A stretch of 64,000 bases of DNA, taken from contig MNCI01001065.1 in NCBI GenBank assembly GCA_015680685.1, positions 1,500,482 to 1,564,481 on the forward strand. The letters run 5' to 3'. Position numbers and translations under genes: made by a program. This document shows positions 53,727 through 64,000 of this stretch, piece after piece. The notes below the pieces were generated by a model. That model saw only the letters and a program-made list of their open reading frames with translations, was not told the origin of the DNA and did no database searches. The DNA comes from Gnetum montanum. Its lineage: Eukaryota > Plantae > Gnetophyta. Numbering within the stretch: the first letter of the stretch is position 1; every line of letters starts with the position of its first letter.

Positions 53727-53791
53727 TTTGAGTCTTCCCCGAACCTTATTTGAGTCTTCCCCGAACCTCACTTGCATCTTCCCCGAACCTT
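53727..53791 (+). repeat. 22-bp tandem repeat x3
   Basis: tttgagtcttccccgaacctta, tttgagtcttccccgaacctca, cttgcatcttccccgaacctt. Confidence 0.85.
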
Positions 53792-53974
53792 TTTCCTCTT
53801 ACCTCTGTAAAAATTCCTTCCCATACCCTTCTATCCTCTATTTCCCTCATTTTTGCACTCCTGCTTTGACAGGTCAACACTTGGGTAACCATCGATGAAC
53901 GTTGTTGGTACTTTTACCCATCCGGTGTTTCATATTCTTTGTCAACGTCTTTCGAGCAAGCCCTCTAAACGTCA

Positions 53975-53989
53975 ACAAAGAAGGGCCAT
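53975..53989 (+). promoter_or_regulatory. polypurine tract of copy D
   Basis: ACAAAGAAGGGCCAT before TGAAACAC. Confidence 0.8.
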
Positions 53990-55556
53990 TGAAACACTGT
54001 AGAAATTGTGAATCGGCCTCAGGTAAAGATTCACGATTCGGGCGAAGGTTTGAGATAGAAATTCAGAAAACAGAATAAGGTAGAGAGGCGCACAGCATCA
54101 AGTCTCCAAGTTTCCTGCAAACTTGGACCTTACTGTGCTTTCTTTCTTTATGCTACATTATGCAACATAGCGTAGTGTCGCTCAGCGTAACTCTATTTCA
54201 CATAACCCGATAGCAGAAAGTAACTTACTTCGGCAATTTTGACGAAGTTTAAAGTTTAAGACTTGTCACATATTCTGCTAAGTCTTTTGTTCAAGACCGA
54301 GTTTATGCTTCGTTACGCAGAGCAGCATAACGAGCTTCAAGAAAAGCAAGGTCAGAGTCAAAAGAAGCGCAGTAGATTCAGTTCTTCCTTTTTACAGATT
54401 GGTCGATTTACGCTCATTATGCTACGCAGCGGAGGCAAGCGTAAATTTATTGTGAAGTTGACCATCTTACGCTCTATTACGCTTTGCGGCATAAATTAGC
54501 GTAAAACAGCTTGAATCAACTATTTTCATGTTTTATTATGCTCTGCCATGCGACGTGGTGCGAATGAGTGTAATGCAACTCACCAAACACGCACCTATTA
54601 TCCATACACACAATACGCTAATGAGCGTATTGTGCGTAATCATGGAGCAGCTTTAGCGGAAGTGGTCGACAGCGTACTTAGCCTCCCTTCCCAAAAATAT
54701 GACGCGACATGACCAATTTCAACATAACGTTTACCAAGTCAATGGTATTTTGAAGGTTCGAGACACGTGTCATCAGGGCTGCATCTTCTCCACATGTTGT
54801 CGAACTTATAAATACTCCAGTTGACGAAGAAACAAAAAAAAAGGGGGCATCTTCAACTTTTGGCAACATCATCATCTAGCGGAGACAGAAGACATTTTGC
54901 TTGAGCATTGGTAGTAGGAACGATCAGTTCTTTGGTGAAAATATAGCTCTCTCCATTGGCAATCATTGGCAGTTTTGAGCAGAGACTACCCAAGGCAAAA
55001 GGACCAAATCAGATATCGAGAGATCATCTGGTGTGGTTTGCAAGGTTTATTGATCAGAAACAGTTGATCGATAGACGTCGGAGCTTGACATTCCTTGCAT
55101 CCCATCTCTGGCTCACGAGGTAGATCGAACTTCATTCTGTACTCCTTGTTGAACAGTTTTCTTGTTATTTTGTGTATGCTTCACATAAGATAAGTGGAGC
55201 CTTTCCATTGGAACTTTGTATACAACATACTTAGTTTTCGGGTCAAAGCGCAGATCTTGGGATTGTGCATTTTTCTTAAATCTGATTCTCCTTGTCGTGA
55301 TAATGTTGTCATTATTGCAATTTATCTCCATCGTTTTCTTCTCCTTTTGCGATTCATCGAATCAGATTGTTCCACGGAATATCTATAACATTCGTCGATT
55401 TACTGATTGAGTAAGTCCCTGTCTGATCGACAAGACCGTTCAGGGCACCACGGATTCGTTTTCTCTAGCACGGTCCTCGCATAGATCTGTGGTTAAGACT
55501 GTGTACACGGATCTTCATTTGGTATTTTCTAGCTACCGACATTTTCTGTCGTTACA
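53990..55556 (+). repeat. 3' LTR of copy D
   Basis: TGAAACAC...GTTACA; colinear with 35670-37235. Confidence 0.95.
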
Positions 55557-56055
55557 CCACTTATCGCCAAAAGTACAAAGATGCATCTATAGAATGGCGT
55601 GGTCATGAGCTATTCCTTGATGTGATTGGTGCTACCCAGGCCTATGATAAATTTACAAAGCATTTAGTGGTTAGTAAATCTCCTGAGAGGGAAATGACCA
55701 TGCCTTCTGAGGAGGCCACCTCTGCTACCTTTTCTCCAGGGCCACCCACCTGGATGACTATGGAGAAAGAAAAAATTTTAACATGCGTTGATTTGGGAGA
55801 AGAAGATTGGAAACATTTAACTGAGTAAATCCTCTAACGCTTGGTGTCTGGCCTTGACAAGATACCACTAGAAATGGATATAGGCCCATCTCAAGTTAGC
55901 CAAGTTTTACTTTATCGTAATTTATTTCATGATAGCCTTATGCATCACCTTACTCACTCATTGATTTATGGCCTCGTTCTTGATTCATGTAGGATTCTGT
56001 TGAGGATTTAGGACCTAGTGGGGCAGCAGATAAGGACACAGGAGAAGATGCATAG
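55557..56055 (+). pseudogene. antisense extra gene of copy C, 3' part
   Basis: YRQKYKD...PPTWMTMEKEKILTCVDLGEEDWKHLTE, homologous to A (WSTIDKGKALADVNLG) and D (WTSVEKGKVKAGTDLG). Confidence 0.78.
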
Positions 56056-56239
56056 CCTCTTCATTGATGTTTTACAATTTTAAAATGTAATCCCCATTGT
56101 TGGGTGATGTTACAACTCTAAGTGTGAACATAATTTTGGACTATGTATTTGCTGTTTAATGAGAAGTGAAGTGCTGATTTTATTTCCCTTGCCTAATTTT
56201 TTTTCTTATGTATTTAGGCATCTTGTAGCCCCCATACTA

Positions 56240-56505
56240 TAGTTTAAGGCCATTTCAGGCTATAGCTAGTTTAAGGCCATTTTGAACCACAGCTAGTTTA
56301 AGTCCATTTCAGGCCATAGCTAGTTTAAGGTCATTTTGAGCCATGAGTAGTTAACACATAGAGTGGGTTGCCAATTTTAGGCCTTGGCAGGCCATGCAAT
56401 AGTTTAAGGCCATTTCGAGCCATGGCTAGTTTAAGGCCATTTCGAGACATAGCTAGTTTAAGGCCATTTTTGGGCCATAGCTATTTTAAGGCCATTTCGG
56501 GCCAT
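56240..56505 (-). repeat. ~27-28-bp tandem array after the gag-PR stop of copy C
   Basis: 8-9 units tagtttaaggccatttcaggccatagc. Confidence 0.9.
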
Positions 56506-56610
56506 GAGTAATATAACTAACACAAAAGGTAAACACAATGCAAAATTGAAACCTGTACAAACAACAGTATTAAGAACAAAAGAATCAAAGAAGTAAAGTA
56601 AGGTCATGCC

Positions 56611-59600
56611 CTAATCGTGTAACTGCTTCCTAACCCGATGTGGGTTAGGTAAGGCATATGGCCTAGAGGACATAAAGCGATATTCCTCTAAGTTATCATC
56701 AGCTGTTGAGAAAGGAAACTCTGCCCATATAGTTTTTTTGTGTAGGTCGTCAGTTTTTTCAAGCTTATTGGTGGGGAAACATTGGGTTTCAACGTGGGCA
56801 AGTGACATGCCTTCAGAGATTTCTATCTCCAACCCTTATTTCATGTTTATGTTGTTTATATTTTGAGGGGCTACATCATCGCTAAAGATCACCACTTCTC
56901 TACCTTCATAAGGTAGATGGATCTCTTAGTGTATTGGCAAAGAGACAGCCCTTAGCTAGGCTAACCAAGATCTTCCCAAGATCAAATTAGACCTAGGCAT
57001 CTCTTCCACCACAATGAATTATGCACTAGTGGGGAATTGATCCCCTGCTACAAAGTTGATAGTGATGGTTCCCTTGACCACAATCTGTGTTCCATTGAAG
57101 TAATTTAGATAAGAAGTCATCGTGGGCTTGATCTAGTCCACTAGGCCTAGCTTATCAACAATAGGGAACGGGATCACATTGGTTGCGGCTCCATTGTCAA
57201 AATGCACCCTATGAATCTTGTATTGACCTACCCAAATCATTATGAACATAGGGGCAGTGGTTACCTGACCCTTTTTGGAATCATCTTTAATAGCTTTTTC
57301 ATGAAAAGTCAAGTGAGTTTCCTGTGTTTCTTTAGTTGTAGATGGAAGCATAACAACATGAATGGTTGTTTCCTCTATGGGCATGTCTTCTTTAATAGGT
57401 ATAGATGCCAACATGTGGATCAAGGCTTCACGGTGCACTACGAAGGTCATTATTAAATCATACAATCTTAATGTTTTTTTTTTTTTGTTTTAAAGCTTGT
57501 TTAACTTGTGTAAGGGTGTCTAGAAAGTCCTGCCCAATGCCCAATAGTTTTGTAGCTTTTACTTCCTCCATGTGCCCTGAGAGACAAAATCCTTGAAGAA
57601 AAGAGGACTTGGCTTTTGGTTGAGCGATAGGCTTTTGAACCTTAGTAGTTGCTTATTATGAATGCATTTCTATTTTATCTTTAAATTGTGGGGCCATGGG
57701 AATCACCGATAAAGGGATGGGCTTAGGGGGGCCTCGCATAGCATGTTCTCTAGTCATCTTATCCACTAGGTGCTCATCATGTTTTCTTAGGTGAGGAGGT
57801 TGTGATGCAGTTCCAACCATCAGACTCTAGGAAAGTGGTGAGCTTGTATGCTTTAGTACCCGTATAACAAAAGGTGACTACATTATTGCAATAGTGCGTT
57901 GAGGGGCCTTAATTACAAACGGGGTATCGAGCCCCTGTGATAGCCTCTTAATGAAAAAGCAGGCTATGGCCTAGGTGTCACTGAAGCTACAGTACCTTGA
58001 GAAGGTGCATGAACCACAAACAACTTATGTGTAAATTCTATACTATCATCAATGTTAATAACATTAATAGTGTAGCCTACATTATTAGCGTTCAATGGGT
58101 CTTTGTAGACATTCATTGACTAGTTTTCTAGCCAGATAGGATTATTTTCATTAAGAACTAGCTTACCTTGATCAATCATACATTGGATGTCATATTTCAA
58201 TGCCAGGAAATAGTCAGTGTCATGACCACACAACTAGTGGTAGTTATAGAATCGTTTGAGCCTAAAATTTTTAGGCACAAGAGACTCGTTAGGCATGGCT
58301 ATAGAGGGGTCTTAAAGGATTTCACAATACCTCTCATGACACTTATGGGCCTCCTCTAACATTTGCTTAAACTAAATGTGCCCAACATTCAACAATTAAT
58401 AAAAATAGTGCTGATAGCTTAATCGACAATGAGGTGTATTTAGAGTGATCCTTACACTCAAAATTTGGCCTTGACAAAGTTTGTGTCGTAGCCATTGGCA
58501 CTAGGTGTTGGCTAGCTCCTGCATTACTAGAGCTTGAAATTTTAGTGGAGTGGTCATGGGATTAGGAATTTTGGCTACCTACTTGTTGTTATTGGGCTTA
58601 GTTTCGTTAGCTATAGCGGCCACAGTGGTTGTTGCAGCCTTGCTCTTTTCCTTTTCCTTCTTCACATGTGCATTTTTGTAAGCTATGTAGGCTAGGTCTT
58701 TACTAGCTTCTATTGCATCTTGTATACTTTTTGTTTGTGCAAAAGCCTAGCTAAGAGAGTGTGGCACTAAATAATACAGCTTAGACTTAATAAAGTCATT
58801 CACAGAACCCTTGAAAATAACAAGTAAATGGGCTTCTACAATTGGTTCATGAATTTTATTTAAGGCAGTGCTCCAACATTGTATGAATTTCTAGATAGAT
58901 TCTAACAGTTCCTGTTTGAAATTCATAAGCTGATCTAAGGTGACCTCTAGCTTTAAGTTATACTTGAAGTGAGTTACAAACTAACTTAACAATTCTTCTA
59001 ATGTTGAAATAGATGCACAAGGAAGCCCATGATACTAGTTCAAAGCTTTGCCAATCAACGACATGGAAAAAACACGGATGATTACATGTGGCCATGGTTG
59101 TAGTAATAAGGACTCAGATCTAAAAGTAACTAGATGGGTGTTCAGATCACCCTCTCCATTTTATTTTGTAAACTATGGGAGTTGTACCCTAGGAGGCAAC
59201 GTAAGCGAAGAAACAACTGGGCTAATCAGGTCATCATGATAAAAGTCCATTACTTGGATTGTTTCAGAGCCAACAGCTTTAAGCTGGTTAACTTCATCGG
59301 TGAGGGTTTGAATGAGCTAAAAGGCTTGGTCCAGACCTGGGGATGCTATAGAAGGTTGTGTGAGTTGAATTTCTAGTGGTACTACCAATGCAAGCATCAT
59401 TGGTGGTGCTATTGGTGTTGTTGTTGGTCTGATTAGGGGTGCTATCAAAGCCACTGCCATTGGTGATGTTGTCTAGGTGACCCATAATCCTATGGGTGGT
59501 GTTGTTGGAGAAACCACCATTGGTGGTGTTATGGGAATGGTTGCCTATCCCATTGCTAGAGTAGTCCATAGGCCCATGGTTGGTTGCACCATATGTAAAG

Positions 59601-60450
59601 CTTGATACATTTGAGGTTGCACATACTGTGGCACCTAAGGCATTTGGACAGTAGGAAAGGACATCACTAGCCACCATGTAGTTGAGGTTGGGGCTACTGC
59701 TGATAGTGGAATTAACATAGAAGAGGCAATGGAAATAGGTCTTATATGTAGTTGTGATGTAGGAATGGTATGTACATATGGTAGCGTAGGCATTACAGAT
59801 GTTGGCTGTGCAAATTGAATAGACTATGAAGGAATGATAAAGGGAAATAAAACCTAAGATCCTACATGTTTCTATGTTGACAACATTTGGTGCTTACCCA
59901 TCACCAAGGAAGGTTTGGGCTGTAAAAGCATTGTAGCTATCACCAAAGAGGTGGAGGACTGTAACTAGTATGGATATAACACAGAAGTAATCTATGAAGT
60001 TGTGGTGTAAAGCGGGCCACCACTTTTGGAATGGGACACAAATTCCTCTTGCCCATCGTGAAGGGGTTCCTCATAGTGAGACATCATGTCTCACTCTGCT
60101 AACCCACTTAGTCAGATATGTTGATTCAATATCCATTGAAACGTTTCAATGAGTGGTATGATGGCATCAGGAGTAGGAAGGAACTCTCTCCCATTCCAAT
60201 GAATAATTTCAAAGTTACACTTTTCTTTTAATTCCTGATAATCCAGCAATAGGCTCTCTTGGATCCTTGCACATAAGAAGTTATATCGTTCTTCATCACA
60301 GGCCATGCGTTCGGGCGATTGATGTTGTAGTCAAAGAGACTACCGTGGTATTTGCACTAAGCTAGGTGGTTGCTTAGGATCCATTTCATGTTTCAAGGGA
60401 TGAGCTATCCCCAAGCTCAAGGTGGTAACTGAGGTGCTAGGTGGGTTCAT
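56611..60450 (-). pseudogene. gag: gag-protease of copy C
   Basis: YNFLC N-terminus (60112-60306), capsid relic 58780-59240, knuckle ~58230, HRVHFDNGAATNV (57133-57465), WAEFPF tail with stop 56611. Confidence 0.9.
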
Positions 60451-60870
60451 TTTTACTGTGTCAAAAAGGATGTAAGAAGCAAAGAAATAGGTAAGCTACA
60501 CAAAAAATAGGCCAGAAATGGCAAAGTCTAGAAATGTTGGAAAAAGTATTGGTTTACGCTGCTACACTCGCTATGCTAGGCAAGACTGTCACAATGATAG
60601 AGTTATTATGCTACACTTGTTATGCTATACATGTCACACTACACGAAACATAGAGAGCTTAACACAATCCATCGTTTTGGGCTTTTTTGTCCTGTGGGGT
60701 TCTAGGGGAACTATCAACTAGGACCCAACTATACTAACTAAAATGTAAACAACCCCTGCACTAGCCTGTGATCTAGCTACCTCCATAGTAGGTCCATAGA
60801 GGTGTTACATTTACGCTAGCAAGGAGGTACAAAAAGCACATGAGACTAACCATGATGCATAGAAGGGACA

Positions 60871-60899
60871 CGGAGGTTCAGGCCCTCCTTCTAGTGCCA
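60871..60899 (-). promoter_or_regulatory. primer-binding site, tRNA-Asn (extended)
   Basis: Plus strand cggaggttcaggccctccttctagtgcca resembles the last 29 nt of plant tRNA-Asn. Confidence 0.85.
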
Positions 60900-60904
60900 A
60901 AAAC

Positions 60905-62925
60905 TGTAGCATCTGAAAATGTTGATGGTTGGAACATCAAGAGGTTATCAAGTGCATAGCCTAATCCTGAATTTATCAGAGGGCCATATTGGAAAGGAAA
61001 AAAATGGGGCTTCCTAAATGGTCTATTCGATCAGTCAAGGACTTACGTGGTGTCCAATAACTATTTGCAAATAATGATTTTAGAGCATCACACATAGGAG
61101 TTGGAATAAGTAGGAATGCAATATGCATAATAGTGATAAAATATTAATGTGTGTGTATATGAAGATAATAGAAAGAAATAGATATGCTAATAGTTTAAGA
61201 TACTGTAGAAAAAGAATAAAATAAGAGTGCAAGTAAAGAAATGCACTGTCCCAGGATTGGGGGATGTGGCTTTTGATTGAATGATGTGTACAATTGATGT
61301 GTAGCATAGATAGAAACAAATGGGTAGCAAGGCAATATGGTCACACTCTCTAGAGTGCTACAAATGTGGTATCGATAGACACAAAGGGGCTGATGCTTGC
61401 TAGACTAAGATTTGCTACGTTGTGCATGTGTAGGTGTCACGTTTAGGTGCGGGAGTGGAACAAAGATTTGGAAGACTCTAATGTTGAGATTTTCTACTCA
61501 TCAACTTTTTGTTCACCAATATTCTACCAAATCCAATTGCAAAAGCCCACCCTTAGACTATTGATTACTAGGGTATTTATAGAGCTAGGGTTGGGGGGAG
61601 GCATGGTTTGGACGCCACATGTCCTAGGCCCCACATAGCATAAATGTGCATGCGTCATGCTGATGTGCTATGCTATGGTGCTATGCTTGGTGGGACAAAA
61701 ACAAGGATTTAAAATTTACCAAACTATGGCCATATTACCCAAACTACATGTTCCAAGACCTGAAAGACTATCCTATTTTTACAAAATGCCTAGAAAAAAT
61801 GCAAATTGGAGCCTATGCTATGGGACTACATCTTCCCTTCTTTTTCGAGTAGGGTCAAGCGTAGGGACAATTTTGAGGACCAACAGGGGATGCAAAAACA
61901 AAATAGACTACTCACTTTCATTGTTAGAGAGATGTTGGAGCAGGAATGAATGTTGATGACAAGATCTAGGCACTTTTGGAAGGCATTCAGAGAATTTTTT
62001 TAAGTGCTACACTATCTACGCTACCTAGCGTAACGAAGCATGGCATGAACACTTAGAAAATTTTGCAGTTTTAGCTTGCTACGTTGTCTACCCTGCACAA
62101 CATAGTAGAGTGTACCACTCATTTTCCATGAATTCTATCAAAAACCTGAAGACATCACTTTGAGATTTAGCAAGGCAAGCCACTTTAGCAACTAGCAAGT
62201 ACATATTTCATGTTGAGTGAGCCTGATATCTCCTGGTTTCATTCTAAGCAACTTTTAACATTGGTACCTCTGCTACACTGTGCTCTGCTACACAACGTAG
62301 CACAGTGTAACACTTCATTTTGAATAAATTTTAACCCAACTTACCATGCTTTGCCATGGAACCTTGATCATGCTCTAAGGACGAAGCAGGATAGACAACC
62401 TTGGAGGTCAAAGACTTGCCAAATGCACCTTCTATGTATGGTTCAACACTCAGGAAAAGTTTAGCCTCGCATGGCCTGCTACACTGTCTACATTGTGCAG
62501 TGTAGAGGAGCATAACAGGTCCAAACATAGAAAATTTACTGAACTATTTTGTCCATCCTGAACACTTTTAACAACTCCTAGCCTGGCATCGAGGTGGACT
62601 GGTAACTGGGACATGTGTCAAGCTGGGCAAGCTAGAGAGCGTAGCAAACTTGATAGCCCAAGAGATAGAAAATTTTCCAAACTTTTTAGTCCACCCTCAG
62701 TTTCCCTTTTGTGCAAACAGGTCTAAAAAATGGGTGTTGTGCTAGTTGTGCTAAAAAGCATAGCATAAAAGCTTAGGAAAAGCTTTGTAGATGTTAGGAC
62801 TTCTAGGGTGCCATGCTATCTACGCGGCCCAGCATGATACCATACTTGGAGAAATTTTGCCTAGGTATTAATGCTGGGACAAATCTAATGTTGAGTCATG
62901 ACGGCCCAAAATTGATGGTGTTTCA
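60905..62925 (-). repeat. 5' LTR of copy C
   Basis: Minus strand TGAAACACC...GCTACA next to the PBS; TSD follows. Confidence 0.95.
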
Positions 62926-63084
62926 CCATTCTACTCTATGTGTTCAACACAACTAGTAAGATTTTTGAGTAACTGAATATCTCATTGCTTCATATGAGGG
63001 TACAATTGATCGTATTATTGAGTGAAACAAGGAGGGGTTACTTTGAAAATATATATCTAGCATTCATTTCAACCATATAGTGTA

Positions 63085-63715
63085 TAGGATTTAGTCATGC
63101 CTCACTTCTATGGCATAACACTATTCTCATGATAGGTGTATAGTTGATATCCTCTTTTCTACCCCTATTTTTTTATTCTTTATTTTTCCATAATAACTTT
63201 TTCTATCCTATATGATATTTCTCTCTTCTTCATTTAATCCTCTCTCCTCATCTATTCCATTCCTCTCTATATTTATCATTAGTGAGGCCAAATGAGCATT
63301 TCTTTTCCAATGCAATGGATTGTTAAGTGTAAAGTGACATAAGAAGTGTGAAATTTACATATGAGTGAGGTAAGGGAGAGATTGGATTTAGGGATCTAGC
63401 CATGTCCCACTTATGCAACACAACACCTCACTATTGGTGTATTGGGAATATCCCTAATATGCTTTTCCCTATGTTTTATTGCTCTCTCCTTTTTCTTTTT
63501 TCTATCTCATTTTCTTTCTCTATCCCTTTCTCTTTTCATGTTCTACAATAGTGAGGCCAAATAAGTGTCTCTATTTTACTCTAGTGATGGTGTGATTAAG
63601 AGAATTAAGTAGGTTAGGAAGTGCTTTATCTACATTTTTGTAAGCATTCTAGGATTTAGCCACACTTTACTTCTATAGTATAACACTCCACCATAGGTGT
63701 ACTACTGATGTTACA
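63085..63715 (+). repeat. degenerate ~260-300-bp tandem repeat (2+ units)
   Basis: ggat(t/c)tag(t/c)ca at ~63087, ~63392 and ~63652; agtgaggccaaat at 63281 and 63550. Confidence 0.6.
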
Positions 63716-64000
63716 AACTTTTTACCATATCATCCAACTTTGTTTAGATTTTTTTATAGGTCCCTATTAGCCCATCTTTTCTTGATGGATTTTCCTTTAA
63801 ATTTTCAGTACTATCCATTAAAAGGATGCAATTTTGTATCCACTTTGGCTTTTTCTATACAATTCAAAGTCATAGGTACATTCTATGACTTTTCAATAGA
63901 AATTCAATAATCCAAATTCAACATCCTAAATCATCTTCAGTGTAGTTTTTGGATTTCTATCTTTAGCATACCAAAAATGATGTTTTGCTTCATGAGAAGT

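Larger units (their letters stand above)
35670..55556 (+). mobile_element. full-length copy D nested in copy C
   Basis: Paired LTRs, PBS, PPT and all domains. Flanks CTGCT and CCACT both derive from CCGCT by CpG decay, and the host reading frame rejoins across the insertion. Confidence 0.95.
26518..62925 (-). mobile_element. full-length copy C (36.4 kb including nested D and E; ~16.5 kb without them)
   Basis: Paired LTRs 26518-28535 and 60905-62925 with TG..CA ends, perfect 5-bp TSD CCATT (26513-26517, 62926-62930), PBS and PPT. Confidence 0.95.

Noticed and set aside
56240-56505. Hammerhead ribozyme-like repeats (CUGA...AAAC)
   Set aside because: The units lack the required CUGANGA and GAAA core.
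60871-60899. tRNA-Asn gene
   Set aside because: Only the 3' 29 nt including CCA are present, adjacent to an LTR; this is a PBS.

Overview
The window is a nest of decayed plant Ty3/gypsy LTR retrotransposons of the non-chromovirus Tat/Ogre type (PR-RT-RH-extra archaeal-type RNase H-INT; tRNA-Asn PBS). I found no host gene. Four related copies can be resolved. A: minus strand, 1-13536, cut by the window edge. B: plus strand, very old, about 14700-26517, probably resuming after 62930. C: minus strand, 26518-62925, TSD CCATT, inserted downstream of B's integrase. D: plus strand, 35670-55556, inserted inside C. A fifth unrelated LTR-type insert E (39168-41886, TSD CCTTG, with a 773-N gap) splits D's gag. 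The unusual feature is shared by all four copies. Gag-protease ends in a stop and is separated from RT-RH-aRH-INT by a block of about 3-5.6 kb. That block carries an antisense, multi-exon gene: an FCP1/NIF-like (HAD) pseudo-phosphatase domain, a plant-transposon-protein-like domain and a coiled coil. In A, C and D it is bracketed by a structured GGYC-N6-GRCC-TAAACTAG motif, which also recurs in the 3' UTR. All calls come from manual reading; no database search was run and the host species cannot be determined.
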